A stretch of 64,000 nucleotides of DNA, taken from contig CM059425.1 in assembly GCA_030390025.1 (NCBI GenBank), forward strand, positions 176,764,001 through 176,828,000, read 5' to 3'. Below the pieces are notes generated by a model that worked only from the letters and a program-made list of their open reading frames with translations, did no database searches and was not told the origin of the DNA. Source of the stretch: Squalus acanthias. Taxonomy: Eukaryota. The position numbers were made by a program, and so were the translations under genes. Shown here one piece after another: positions 11,521-24,649 of the stretch (positions are counted from its first letter, which is position 1; every line of letters starts with the position of its first letter).

Positions 11521-14500
11521 ACTTTTTAAATGTACGCACAACATAAGCCTCTGGCCAGCCATGGTGTAAAGGGTAAGTCGGAGCTACTCCTTCAAGCAAA
11601 GAATCATATCACAGGCAATGATCAAGCTGCCAAACACTGCTTCTGGTTATGTGTCCGAGTCAACTGGCCTCACAAAAGCTGCACTACCACTATTGAACTT
11701 GGAAGCTGTGTTGATATTACAGGAGACTGCAATCATCTGGAAATTCCAGAACACTCTCTGTACCTGCATATTTTTCTTTTATGAAACAAAATAGTGTATT
11801 TGTTTAATTCTTGTTTGCTGAAAGTGGAATCTGCCCTAAGTTAACTCCCAGGAGCAGAGATCCACAGCAAGAGCAAGGACATATTTAGCACATGTGTAGA
11901 CTGCATTTCATCAGGTTTCACTCTCAAACACAGACCCACTGCCTCACCTCATTTTATTTCCATAAAATTGGCCACTTGTTGGGCACAGGATGGACTTTTA
12001 ACCTTCCCTCCATTTTACTAATAAATGGAATGATCACAGTTTATTACAAGGTAGCATATAATTAGTATCGATAAAATATAGTCTTACTTCATGGATGTAT
12101 ATTGCCTATCATTTGATCTCTAGAAAATTATTGTTGGAAACTGAGAACTTTCCATTCTTCTTGCCCTCTTTCCTAACTAAGGACCAGTAGTGTGGTTCTA
12201 CTGGGTATGAGACAGAAAAGGGAAAATAACAATGTAATAATATAATTAAAAGGTATATATCCAGGGCCTTTGTTCTGATTAGTTTTGAATCTGTTTTAGA
12301 ATAATTACATTTTACAAATATAAATCTTCAATATTTTATCTAGATTGTCAATAATTTTGCTAATCGGGCAGATGTACCTTTACATCCATCGGTGTCCCTG
12401 GTAAGTTTGGGGAAGTGACTCATAGAATCATAGAAATTTATGGCGCAGAAGGAGGCCATTCGACCCATCGTGTCTGTGCCGATCATAATTCTCTTATCTT
12501 TTCTTAAGTCAGTTTGTGTACATTTTTCTAAATTTCTTCTTGGGATGTGGATGACACTGGGGATTGGGTCTAATTGGATAGCTCTTTCGAAGAGCCAGGA
12601 CAGGCATGATGGGCCGAATGGCCTCCTTCAGTGCTGTATGATTCTATAATTCTAAAGTAATTGTCAGTGAGAGTGAATGCACATTGATCCAGTTTGAAGC
12701 TTATCCTTGCATCTTTCACTCATTCCCATTTTATTCTCTGCTGTCATATCTTTTCAGATGAGTTATGACAGCAATGCAACTCTATAATTGACCTGGAAGA
12801 TGATGTTGAAAAGGACCACCGTCAGACCTTTACAACAATAGCTGCTAGCTCAGATCTCTTACACAGACGCAAACACATTTTAACATTTTCAGTGGTATTT
12901 TGATCCAATCAACTCCTCTCACCCAAATAAAGTTTATTTGGGATGAAATTGAACTGAATAGATTAGGGTATGTAAAAAAAAATTTACGTGAGTTATTCAG
13001 AGATAATGTAAACAACAATGTATTATAACTTTTTGTTAAAATATGTTTTTTAAAAACACGTTATATGATCTATTTCAAAATCCCAGAACTTTATTGAAAC
13101 AAAACATATTCTGGGACTTTTGTGACACTATTATATTACTTCAGCATTTTAAGTTTGGCTATTGTATTATTTGCAATATGATAATAGCCCTTGGAGAGCT
13201 TGACTTTTTTTAATTGATTAACTGCATAGTTATTACTTATATGCATTTAATAGAAGAGCCAACAGCAGGACAGTCGCATAATTGTCTGGCACATACATTT
13301 GGAGATGCAGTAATATGATATAACAAAGAATAAATGACAGGATTCAGCTGAGGCTTTTGTCTAAGCTCTTTCTCCTTTTGCCCTTGGTCTCCTCCCCCAG
13401 TGGCTCACATCCTCCTGTGTGCAGGCACCAATTCCACATGACTACCACTGTGAAAAACAAATTGCAGGCTTGAGTGCCTACAACAGCTGAGCTCCCTCCT
13501 AGACGACCACAGAAAGTTGTTCACTTAATTTGAGGCAGCTTGTGTTAATGATAAGGTTCGTTATTTTTCTGCCAAGTTCGGGTGGCAGCCACTCAGTAGT
13601 TCTCACTGTGAATTAATGGGAGGTTTGGGGAATGGCAATGGGTGCTTTGGGACAACGAACAAGCTCCCATCCACATAAAGAACCTTTCAGAGACCATTCC
13701 ATTAACCCTCACACAGCACTCTTTTCCCTGAAATCCGGAAAGATTTTAAGAAAGAAATATAATAAAAGCGTCTTTCTTTAAAATAATATTATCAAAAATC
13801 AATATCTCTTTTTAAGTAAAGTGGTGCTTGCAGAGACAGCTCGCCCTGTAAATTAGGTCATCCACAGAATCAGGTAATGGATAGATACAAAACATGACCT
13901 TGGCTAAGGAAAGTAAAACATTTATAAAGAGTTTTTTGTATTGAAACCAAGCTCTCATTCTGAATCAAAGCCTAGTTCAAGCTGGGACATTTACTCTTGG
14001 AGCATTGGATTCATTTAACTCACGGATGTGCTTCCCAGCATTTAATACCAGCAAGTGATATTAACTCATAATACTTATCAAGACAAAGAACAAAAGGTCC
14101 ATAAATACTTGACACATTGATCATATTATTAACTATAACTGCTTACCTGTAGATTAAGTCCATGGCTTGCATTTTCTTAAATCATTTTTGTTTTGAATGT
14201 CCACCTTTATAGGGCTCCTCTTTTAAGCAAGTTCTGTAGCAACACAATGGGAAGTGTGAGCCAAGGGGATTCCCTTGGAATGTGTTTGCTTCATAACATT
14301 CATGTCAGGGAGATCAGTATCTTTAGAAACAGATCACAGCTCATCTGTTTTTCATCACTTTCTGGCAGCAAATTGCTGTGTTTTAGCAAACAAAATACAA
14401 CAGAGAAACAGTTGCTGGCTGCGGTGACAGCTACATCAAGAAAATTAGACGTCTTTTAAAACAAAACTAGTGCCTAGAAATTGGGCAAGGCCCGGAAACG

Positions 14501-14757
14501 GGCAGAGGCACTGCCCAGCGCTATTTGCCTGCACCTCTTCTAAGTGGTGTAGGCAACACACAAAATTTGTGCTGCCTGTTCATTACCATGATTGCAGCGC
14601 TGATCTCAGCGCTAAACACGCTGCTGATTAGCTTCACTGGTGGGGCCAATATCGGGTACGGTCTATTAGCCAATAAAGTTTGGCCTAGGCTCACTCCACT
14701 GCTTAAAGGGGAAGTGCTTTGTTGCAGAAGCCCCTCTTCATCAGAAAAGAAGACACA

Positions 14758-15660
14758 ATGGCGCAACAGGGAAGAGAGAGAGTGCTGCACTGGAGGCCTG
14801 GGTCCTGGGGGTGGAACGACAGCGGGCTGTCCTTTACCTGCAGGAGGGGAAAGAGGCCATCAAAGGTCATCAGCAGAATGATTTGGGAGGAGATCGCACA
14901 ATCCGTCATGGCAACCAGTGTTGTCCCCAGGACATGGATCCAGTGGCGCAAAACGTTTAATGACCTCACACAGCTGGTCAAGGTGAGTGAAGGCTTCAGC
15001 AAATGCCATATCTCAATATCCGTACCACAAACATTGCTCAATGCACCACACCCCCATCAATCACTTACCAACTATCACCACTCATACCTCGCAATCATGG
15101 CTTCACTTCACCCTCACAACCTTACCACTGCTGCAACACTCACACCCAGATCTCACACCTTGCACACACTGACAGCTATTCAACTATGGCAGGCACATCA
15201 CCTAAACACATTGCACCACACTCATTGACACACTTCCCTTTCTCTTGCAGGCAAAGGTGGCTCACAATCGCCGTGAGCAACAACAGACGGGAGGCGGCCA
15301 AGCCAGGATTCAGACCCTGATGGACCTCGAGGAATCCGTGTTCCAATTTATTGCAATGACAGTCACAGAGTTCGTGGTGAGCGGAGAAGTTGAAACCATT
15401 GCTGATGATGATGGTATAGTCATACCTAATCCTTCTTCTCACATCCCCCTCATTCCTCAATCTCTTCTCACTAACAAGCTAATGATGGTGTATGCATGGA
15501 TATCTTGCTTCCCCCCTCCCTTCACCACAACCCAACTCTTGTGAATTCTGCTTTCAGATACCCAAGAAGTGCCACCAGCACAGCCTGTCCCTCAACATCT
15601 TGAGCAAACTGATGGAGGAGAAGAGGAAGAAGAAGAGAGACCAGCACTGCATCTGGACAA
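14758..15660 (+). pseudogene. Harbinger Myb/SANT-like DNA-binding protein gene, 3 exons, frameshifted
   Basis: Contains the trihelix/MADF-like motif WEEIAQSV..TSVVPRTWIQWRKTFNDL. GT-AG introns lie at 14983-15250 and 15414-15557. Exon 2 begins AKVAHNRREQQQTGGG. Confidence 0.8.
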
Positions 15661-15689
15661 TGCAGCAGACCACCACAAAATGGGACACC

Positions 15690-16625
15690 CACTCCAGCGT
15701 GCAGTCTAGGGCTCCTCCTGAGCGTTCAAGGCAGTGGCACCGTTGCTTCAGAACCCCGATGATCTACTCAATGAGTTTCCTCGTGGCAGCATGGCTATCA
15801 TTATATGAGTGCAGGCCACGAGTGGTGGGGTTGCGGAGGGGAGTCATTGGCCAGGTGCAGGGCAGTAGCCCTTGTCTCCGAGCAGTCACCCTTGGGTTCG
15901 ACATGGTGGCTGGAAGATTGCTGGTACACCAGACTGGCGCAGGATGAAGGCATCATGACTGCTGCCAAGATATCGGGCATTCACCATCATAATGTGCTGG
16001 GCGTGGCCGCACACCAATTGCACATTAAGTGAGTGGTAGCCTTTGCGGTTACGGAACATCTCAGGATTGATATGCGGTGCCCTGCAAAGCCATGTGTGTG
16101 CAGTGGATGGCGCCCTGTACCATGGGGAAGCCCGATATCCTGGCAAAGTCACATGCGCGCTCGTCCTTTTCAGAGAGAAGACAATGAAGTCCCTTCTCCT
16201 GGAGCACAGAGCCTCTGTGACCTCCCGGATGCAGCGATGGATGGTGAACTGGGAGATGTTAGCTATGTCTCCTGCTCCAGACTGGAAGGATCCGGTGGCG
16301 AAGAAATTGAGGGCCACGGTGACCTTGAGAGCCACTGGCAGCACCATCGTCGCCCTGCTCTGAGGCTGCAGGTCTGGTTCCAGGAGGTGGCAGAGTTCCG
16401 TGACCACCTCCTTGGTGAAGGGGAGCCTCCTAATACACTGCTCTTGGCTTAAGTGCAGGTAGGAAAAGTGCTCTCGGAAGACCCCAGGTGGGTAAGGCCT
16501 CCTGCTGAGAGCCCTCCTGCCCTTCTCATCCTCCCTCTGCAAGCATCTTGTCCTCTTTCTCGCTGTCTCTACTCCATCTCCCTGTCATGCTCCAGTGCAA
16601 GGGGGACTGCAAGTAGAGCCCCCTG
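15690..16625 (-). pseudogene. Harbinger DDE transposase (HARBI1-like family), truncated and frameshifted
   Basis: Motifs include EQCIRRLPFTKEVVTELCHLL, ALNFFATGSFQ...ISQFTIHRCIREVT, FRNRKGYHSLNVQLVC and ARYLGSSHDAFILRQS. Confidence 0.9.
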
Positions 16626-17872
16626 ACTGGGAGCAAGTGGTCTGAACAGAATCCTTGAAATCAGAAGCAAGGCCTTTTCCACCTGCAGCAATACTCCCTG
16701 TCACCTCACCAACTTTAAATAACTATAGAAAGCTCCAAACAGTTGCACAAACTTACACAGAGCCAGTACAAATCAAAAAGCAAGTCAGCGGCAAGTTGTT
16801 GCTGATTCCTTTAAATAGCGCAGGTGGGGGGTCCTCGTGCTGCTGAACACATGTTCAGCTGGTCGTGATTTGGAGATGGCGTTGAATGGAGCGGCGACAT
16901 CGAAAATGGCAGGTTGTGTGTTAAATCAGTGTTCCACACTGACTGACGTTATGATCGACCTCAATACCATTTCTCCATTGAGCATAGACAACGGCTGCGC
17001 TGCCGACCTGCCCAAAATGGCGGCCACCGCGGGACCCACCGGAAGCGGGCGGAAGCAAGGGGGCCGCCATTTTTCCTTTGAAATCTGCCTTATCAGCCGG
17101 TGCTAAGGTGGCAAATTTCACGGCCGGTTACTGCAGAAACAAAACAAATGCTAACCAATGTTCCCGTTAATTTTCTTGGGGCTGCGCGGCCCATTCAAAA
17201 TACAGCGCATGCGCAGTTTTTCTCATTGAAAAGCCAGCGGGCTGGCAAGTTGGATGCGCGGGAGGTCCAGAGAGCTGCACAGCTTAAAGGGAATATTGGT
17301 GCTAACTGTTAGCAGAGTCACATGATTGTATAAAGCTTTATTAAGTGCTAATGTGGAGCTATTTTGTCTATTTTGCGATTAGCATTTTAAAATCAGTAAC
17401 TGTATTAGTAAATGTCTTCTACAAAATTCAGGGCAATATCACAAATGGGAATGAAAGTAAGTAATTGTACAACATATGCTAACCTTAATGAGATACTTTT
17501 ATACTTTATTTAGCATATCTTGTAAAGTGTCTCACAAAACAGTTTGACTGGACAATGTCCCTTTACTGTATGGCATGTGTATATGCTGCATAAGTTGCTA
17601 GATGTGGGAAGTTCTGTACTGTGGTGTCATATTCACTTAAATCCAAGGTAGGACTGCCCGAATTAATGAATTAATGTCATCATGGATGGTAAACCTTCAT
17701 CTCTTTTTTTCTCTGGGCTGTAATCCAAATCTTTAGCGAAGAAAAAGAGAAACCAAGGCTTTGAGTTTTACTCCCGAGTGGACATGTAGCAAAGTGAGCG
17801 GCAGCAGGCAGGCTTTAACAGCCAGGCCTCATTTGTCTACTGCATGTCGTCTTCCCAACCAAAACGTCCATG

Positions 17873-18098
17873 GGGCGGGGGGGGGGGGGGAGGGGCAGGG
17901 GTGGGAGGGCCGAGGGGAGGGAGGGGCAGGGAGGAGGGAGGAGGGGGAGGGGGCAGGGCCGAGGGGAGGGAGGGGCAGGGGGAGGGAGGAGGGGGAGGGG
18001 GCAGGGTCGAGGGGAGGGAGGGCTGGGGGAGGGAGGAGGGGGAGGGGGCAGGGCCGAGGGGAGGGAGGGAGGAGGGGGAGGGGGCAGGGGGGAGGGGA
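17873..18098. repeat. G/A-rich purine minisatellite (low complexity)
   Basis: Imperfect repeats of GGGCAGGGCCGAGGGGAGGGAGG(A)GGGGGAG, with near-total purine bias on the + strand. Confidence 0.85.
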
Positions 18099-18723
18099 TC
18101 CCAGAGCAGGGAAGGCCCAAGATTTCCTTCTGGGGCCCACAGGAGAACTGCTCTTCCTGGCCCACGAGGAAACTAAAATAACAATAACTTACCTTACTGG
18201 GCCTCTTCTGGCCATAAATTCAACTCCCAGCAGGTTTGGTCTGATGGGAGGTCATCACTGCTCCCCCACTAAGGTATCAGGTTAAAATCGGAGATTGGGC
18301 CCCAGCGACGCCATCTATAAGTCAAATCCATATACTACATATGGAAATCATAGTGTGGCTACACGTTGCAATGGTGTAAATCACCCAGCATAAGCACTGT
18401 TAAATCTGGAAGAAAGGTGAACGGATCCATAGAAACAAGATAAACTTTTTATTTGCAATAATTCCTCAGAAACAATCGTTGCAAACCACTCATGATTGAT
18501 TTGATATATATGTAACCACAATGCAGCTTTATTCACACTTACTGTACTTTCTACCATACCATTCTCTGTATATGCCAGGCAATTACTTAAATCAAATTTC
18601 AGATAGGTAGTCCCAAGTTACTGTCATATTCTACTGGCACAGTAATAGGTCAAGGTTTAACAACAGTTAACTTAGAATTATCTGTCACTCCCATCAAACC
18701 TATTTTTAAGAAGAAGGAATATA

Positions 18724-19407
18724 GGCCCGTATTTTCCGATCCCTACAGGTGTGTACGAGCTGTGTACACACCCGTAGGGACATCGGAAATGCCGGTTTCA
18801 GGCATGCAAAGCGCATGCGCTGAAAACCGGCATTTCCGATCTGGGCAGAGAGTTCGCTTTCTGCAGAACCTCCGCCCGCTGAAAACACTTAAAAATCTTA
18901 CACCTGGTAATCTTTTACCAGCATAAGAGTTTCAAAAAAGTAAAAAAAAAATGTTTTCACTCATTTATAATTAAAAATTCTTTTAAAAAAGGTAAGTTTA
19001 TTTTTAGCCCCATAAAAAACTTTAATTTTTTCAAAAAAATAAATTTTTGTTTAAAATATTTAATTTAATGTAATTTTAACTCATTTTAAAAACGTGATTT
19101 AAAAAAAAATGTCTTTAATGTTTTGATGTATTTTTGGGGTGATCTCCTTTCATACTTTTGACGGGTCTATCTGTCAAAAGTATGAAGGGAGATTCCCTTC
19201 TCCTATTAGCTGGCCTGACCCACGTGACCCCAGGGACGCTTACGAACTGTATGCGCCCCTGGGATACGTGGGCCCTGCGCATTTCGACCGTGGAGAGGCC
19301 CAGGAGTGGAAGTGTCCGGACCTCGGGAGCACTCAGGTAAGAGCATAGATTTATTTCCGATAGGAGGAATCCGCATGCAGGAAGCCTCCTATCGGAAATT
19401 ACGGGCC
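18724..19407. mobile_element. Harbinger-type MITE, 684 bp
   Basis: TIRs GGCCCGTATTTTCCGAT and ATCGGAAATTACGGGCC match at 16/17, around an AT-rich core. A partial inverted copy lies at 47232-47621. Confidence 0.8.
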
Positions 19408-19542
19408 ATTATTTTATTTATTCCCGGGATGTAGGCAATGCTGGCAAGGCTACATTGATTATCCATCCTTAGCTGCCTTGAGAAGGTGGTGGTGGGCCTA
19501 CCCTTGAACTGCTGCAGTCTTTGCAGTGATAGTACTCCCACA

Positions 19543-19950
19543 TTGGATTTATATAATGTCTTTCATAGCCCTATGTACTTCACAGCCAATGAATTAGTTT
19601 TGGATTGCAGTTGCTGCTGTTTTGGAGGGAGACAAGGCAGTAAAGTTGTGCACAGCAAGGTCTCGCAAACAGCAATGGGATGAATGACCAGTTAATCAAG
19701 TTGGTTGAGGGAGAAATTTTGACCAGGACACCAAGAAAGTTCCCTGTTCTTATTCGAAAAAATGCCGTGGGATTTTTATGTCCACCTGAACAGGCAGACT
19801 TCAGTTTAACATCTCACCCAATAGACAATCTCCAACAATACAGCACTAAAGTATCAGCCTAGCTTGCATGTTGAAGTCCTGGAGTGGGGCGTAAATCCAC
19901 AATCTTCTGACTCAGATGTAAGAATGCTAGTACTGAGCTAAGCTGACACA
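19543..19950 (-). mobile_element. Deu-domain tRNA-derived SINE (SacSINE1/AmnSINE-like)
   Basis: The reverse complement aligns by eye with the SINE at 48113-48533, covering the tRNA-like head, the CATTGCTGTTTG..CTTGCTGTGC core and the TATATAAAT tail. Confidence 0.75.
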
Positions 19951-20043
19951 TACAACTCTTCTAGTTTCTGAATCTCTACAGGAATTCAGTTTGATACCAG
20001 ATCCCTTACTCAGCAGCTTCTAGATATCTCTTAGTGCAAAGTT

Positions 20044-20227
20044 AATTTCTCCCTCAACCAACTTGATTAACTGGTCATTCATCCCATTGCTGTTTGCGAG
20101 ACCTTGCTGTGCACAACTTGACTGCCTTGTCTCCCTACAAAACAGCAGCAACTGCAATCCAAAACTAATTCATTGGCTGTGAAGTGCATAGGGCTATGGA
20201 AGACATTATATAAATCCAATGTGGGAG
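20044..20227 (+). repeat. Inverted duplicate of 19535-19718 (SINE 3' half)
   Basis: The arms are 184 bp with about 4 mismatches by eye, separated by a 325-bp spacer. Confidence 0.9.
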
Positions 20228-20364
20228 ATTTCAAATACCACTCGCAGACTTCCTGCTTGTTATGAAGGGGCACAGCTTGTTGCCAATGCTATATTTGGGA
20301 TGTTCAGGATTTCACGCCAACACTCTCCCAATCTGATCTATGTCACTTCCAGTTTTGAGACTTT

Positions 20365-21208
20365 GGGCTGGATTTTGATACTGGGGACGGGATGGAGGCG
20401 AGACTCCCACTTTTTGGGTTGCAGTCCCGCCTCCATCGACTTGTGGCCAACCCATTGTATTTTCACTTGATTGACCTTGTTGAGCCCACCCAGTGGGCGC
20501 AGCAGGCCAATTAAGGGCCACCCGGCAACAGGTGACGTCACAGATTGACATTTCATCTGTCAAGAGCTTTTGACAGATGAAATATCAGCGTTTGACAGCT
20601 CTTTGAAGCTGTCAAACACTGACAATCTGTACTCTAAGTTAATTCCTTCCTCTCAGGCTGATTTAGAGATCTCTGCAGAACAAAAAGCAGAGGCTGCAGC
20701 TTTTGACAGCTCAACAGCCATTGTGCTTTCTGTGCCAGTGTGATTTCTGACTCCCGAGAACTGAAGGGCTGACACCTGCAGGAGGAAGTTAAGGTAAGTA
20801 AAACTTTTTTCCACACTTTACACTTACCTTACACACTTACCTCTGCACACATGCACCCATCACTCACCTGCCCACCGGACATATCGACCCCTCCAACCCC
20901 TGCAGACTCACGGCCCGCCTCGCTGAAACGGCGTGGTTGGGACCTGTTGGAGAGCCCACATTTCAGGCATAAAAATAGGGATTAGGCAAAAAACTGCCTG
21001 TTAACTACCTGTTAACAGGCAGTTTATTGCCACTAATCCCCTTCCCGCCTCGGGGAGGTGGGTCCCAGCACAGGTCAGGAACCCGCCTCCAGCGAAACTG
21101 GCATGGAGGCGGGTTGGGGGCGGGATGGGTTCGGGACCCCCGAATCTTCAATTTTCACCCCCCACACACCTCCAAACCCGCCTCCACGGGTCAATGAAAA
21201 TTCTGCCC
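20365..21208. mobile_element. Harbinger-type MITE
   Basis: Ends GGGCTGGATTTT and AAAATTCTGCCC are imperfect TIRs. Subterminal regions are GC-rich and there are internal palindromes. Confidence 0.6.
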
Positions 21209-21284
21209 TATGAATAAAGTGCAAAACAACAAAATTATAGTAACCTAATCTTTAATTGTTTTCAGTTTTTGAAGTATCAGCTTT

Positions 21285-21667
21285 TCTCACTGGTTACACT
21301 CTAAGTCAGAAGATTGTGGGTTCAAGTCCCAGTGTGGTCTTGAACACATCATGTAGACTGACACATCAGTGCAGTATTTAGGGAGTGCTGCATTGTCTGA
21401 GGTGCTATATTTTGGATGAGATTTTAAACCTGTCTGCCCATTCAGGTGGATCTAAAAGAAGTGGTTCTTTTTCAAATAAGAGCAGGAGTTCTTCTGGTGT
21501 CCTTAACCAACGTCATCAAAAGAGATTAACTAGTTATTTATCTCATTGCTGTTCATGGGAGCTGGCTTTGTACAAGTTGGCTGCTGCATTTACGTAGATA
21601 CCATAGTTCAAGAGCAGTTCATTGGCTGTGAACCATTTTGGGAGGTGATATAATTGTGAGTTCTTTC
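21285..21667 (+). mobile_element. Degenerate Deu-domain SINE
   Basis: Has a B-box head (GTCAGAAGATTGTGGGTTCAAGTCCC) and a Deu core (CATTGCTGTTCATGGGAGCTGGC). Confidence 0.7.
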
Positions 21668-22622
21668 ACTGAATTCAGGATATATCTTTCCCTTATAGCG
21701 GCTCCAAGAACTTTGATATTTACTATAAGATTTTTCAATTTGGGCCTCTTAGACGAGTCCGTCTGAGATATTTATTTTGACGTTTCTCAGCAGCTACAAA
21801 TTATGCTCATTCCAAGGATGCCAAGTATTTTTTTGGCAACATTATCTACCATAATCATCGTATCGCTTTTTGGAATGGCCTTTCTGCAGATGGTGACACT
21901 GTGATATCTTGAAGCTATTGCCAGCAGTCAATATCATCAGTTCAGGGGGGTCTATTCCTTTTCCCTTACATACAAAATCCTGTCAGAAAAACACATCTAA
22001 CAGGGTTTCTGACTTTGAATACCCTGTTAAGCAAGCACTGATTTTTGATATTGTCATCTTCATAGTTATCAGCTAACCCAGATTAGTTTTTACATCGTAG
22101 TGGCTGAGTGCTTGTCCGTGCAGCTTATAGTCTATCTGGGTCTGAGGATAAACGGGTCTTTCGCTTCTGTCGTGCATGGCCACTGATGTGATACTCAATT
22201 TATCTTGGGAACCCAATCAGCTGTCGTCTTGGCTGGCCACATGTGGATTTTCTCTTACCTACTGTGAGAAAGGGGGAAGGGAAATACTATCTTAGGGTAA
22301 AAGAAAAACCCCAAAATGCTAGAAAGCAAAATAAAAACAATTTAGCATAACAGTTCTAGGATGTTGGTGCAAATGGTCAAGATTTTTGGGTAGTTGGTGT
22401 ACAGGGACGGGAATTTGGGGAATAACCCAATTCTGCCTTGGTTTGCATTTCCTTTCTGGCAGTCATATGCATTTTATCCTCAAAAGCCTGGACCCAAAAA
22501 TTCATAGACCTTCCAGCACTCCATTAATCAGAGGAGAGAGCGGCAGTAGACCCACAAATTTCATGACCTCAGGACATTCCAAAGTGTTTTACAGCCAATG
22601 AAGTACTTTGAAGTGTAGTCAC

Positions 22623-23315
22623 AGCCCCTTGAACCTGCTCCACCATTCAATAAGATCCTGGCTGATCTGCAACCTCAACTCCACTTTCCTGCCCGATCTC
22701 CATATCTCTTGATTCCCCTAGAATCCAAAAATATATATCTCAGCCTTGAATATACTCAACGACTGAGCATCTGCAGCCCTTTGGGGTAGAGAATTTCAAA
22801 GATTCACAACCCTCAGAGTGAAGAAATTCCTCCTCATCTCAGTCTTAAATGGCCGACCCCTTATCCTGAGACTATGCCCCCTAGTTCTAGATTCTCCAGC
22901 CAGGGAAACAACCTCTCAGCATCTACCCTGTCAATCCCCCTCAGTATCATATATGTTTCAATGAGATCACCTCTCATTCTTCTAAACTCCAGAGAATATA
23001 GGTCCAATCTAATCAATCTCTCCTCATAGGACAACCCTCTCATCCCAGAAATCAATCTAGTGAACCTTCGTTGCATCGCCTCTAAGGCAAGTATAGCCTT
23101 CCTCAGTTAAGGAGACCAAAACTGTGCACAGCACTCCAGGTGTGGTCTCACCAAAGCCCTGTACAATTGTAGCAAGATTTCCTTACTCTTGTACTCCAAC
23201 CCCCTTGCAATAAAGGCCAACATACCATTTGCCTTCCTAATTGCTTGCTGTACCTGCAAGCTAACTCTCTGTGTTCCCTGTACGAGGACACCTAAATCTC
23301 TCTGAACACTAGCAT
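22623..23315 (-). mobile_element. CR1 LINE 3' fragment inserted in a Deu SINE
   Basis: Encodes [20 protein letters not shown]...RRMRGDLIETY. SINE-like sequence lies on both sides (22530-22622 and 23320-23545). Confidence 0.85.
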
Positions 23316-24649
23316 ATAGGAATTGCAGCAGCCAATTTGCACACAGTAAGGTCCCACAAACAGCAATGAAATAAATGACCAGATCATCTGTTTTAGGTGT
23401 AGGTTGAGGGATAAATGTTGAGCAGAATACCAGGAGAGCTCATCTGCTTTTCTCTGAAATAGTGCCATGGGATCTTTTATGTCCACCTGACAGGGAAGAT
23501 TTGCCTCGGTTTAACATCTCCTCCGATAGACGGCACCTCCAACTGATGATTGTTTTTCCATTGTGATTGCATAGCCTGGCGGCCACCCATTTTATTAAAT
23601 TGCCCAGAAGAAGCAGGCCTTAGGCATTAGCAGCTCATCCAGGAGTTTGATTGAAGCATGGGTGCTATCTGTTGGAGCCATAGAGAAGACAAATACTTTC
23701 TTCTTCAGGTGCAGGAAGAATAGGATCGCCACAGAGACCTTCTGGCAACTGGGTTTGGACATCAGCCCAAAGTCCCACAGCTGACAGCCATTACCACTGT
23801 TGGAGGTCCTCATGCCGACAGCAGTGGCTGACTTATTTCCCCCACTTTTTGGTGTTAGGCCCTACCTTGGGTTGTGCCTGTACAGGAGGAATATCTGTCC
23901 TATTAAAATGACCTGAACCTGTAAATACAGATGGGCTTAGATTATATCAGGTGCAGTCCACTGCCCAGGTATCACGGGGAGCAGAACCAAAATCGCTCAT
24001 AATGCATATAAGGGCTGATTTTATGAAGTTTTAACTCTGGCAGAGTCTCTCTGGTGGCATGTGCAGGTCACAAATTCAGGCCACAACCTTATGCCCCCAA
24101 TTCATAGGGCATAGAATTTTGCAAGGTCAAATTTTGCTGGCCCATCTGTGGCTGCATTTCAAGCAAGCATAACCATCATTTATGTCACATAGTTACTTAA
24201 ATAATGTCCCATGCTGAGTTCAGAACTTCTGGCAAAGCTCTGCTCTCAATGTGCACCTTGGGTGTATCTCTGCTCCACGGACCTGCCCCTGTTTAGTATT
24301 ATCTTTAAAGGAAGTTTACTATTGTCTGTATTAGTAAACTGCAGTTTTTTTGTCAATGAACATTTATCCCCTTTTGCATTTAACATTACGCGTAACATTC
24401 TTCCCTGTGTATTTTACTGTGCAAGATTTTTCTGGCTTTACTGTGTTAAAGTCGCTATATAAAAGCAAGTAGTTGTTGTTGCAATTGCTGCTGCTTTACA
24501 AGTTGCAGCTACCAAAGCTGTCAGGTTGGGAATCCCTTTGGGTGCTCCCATTGTGCTACATCAATTAGATGAAAAGGACAATTTCATGAGGGGCCATAAT
24601 CATCTGATGCAATGACAGCTCAGGCATTATGTTCGCTCCTATCAATAGC

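Larger units (their letters stand above)
14471..17125. mobile_element. PIF/Harbinger DNA transposon, internally deleted (copy A)
   Basis: TIR-like ends are tGCCTAGAAATT and AATTTCACGGCC. A Myb/SANT gene and a transposase gene converge. It is the same family as 32210-42129, in inverted orientation. Confidence 0.85.

Noticed and set aside
17761..18285. Several overlapping Gly/Arg/Pro-rich ORFs
   Set aside because: They arise from a stop-free G-rich minisatellite and show no protein family signal.
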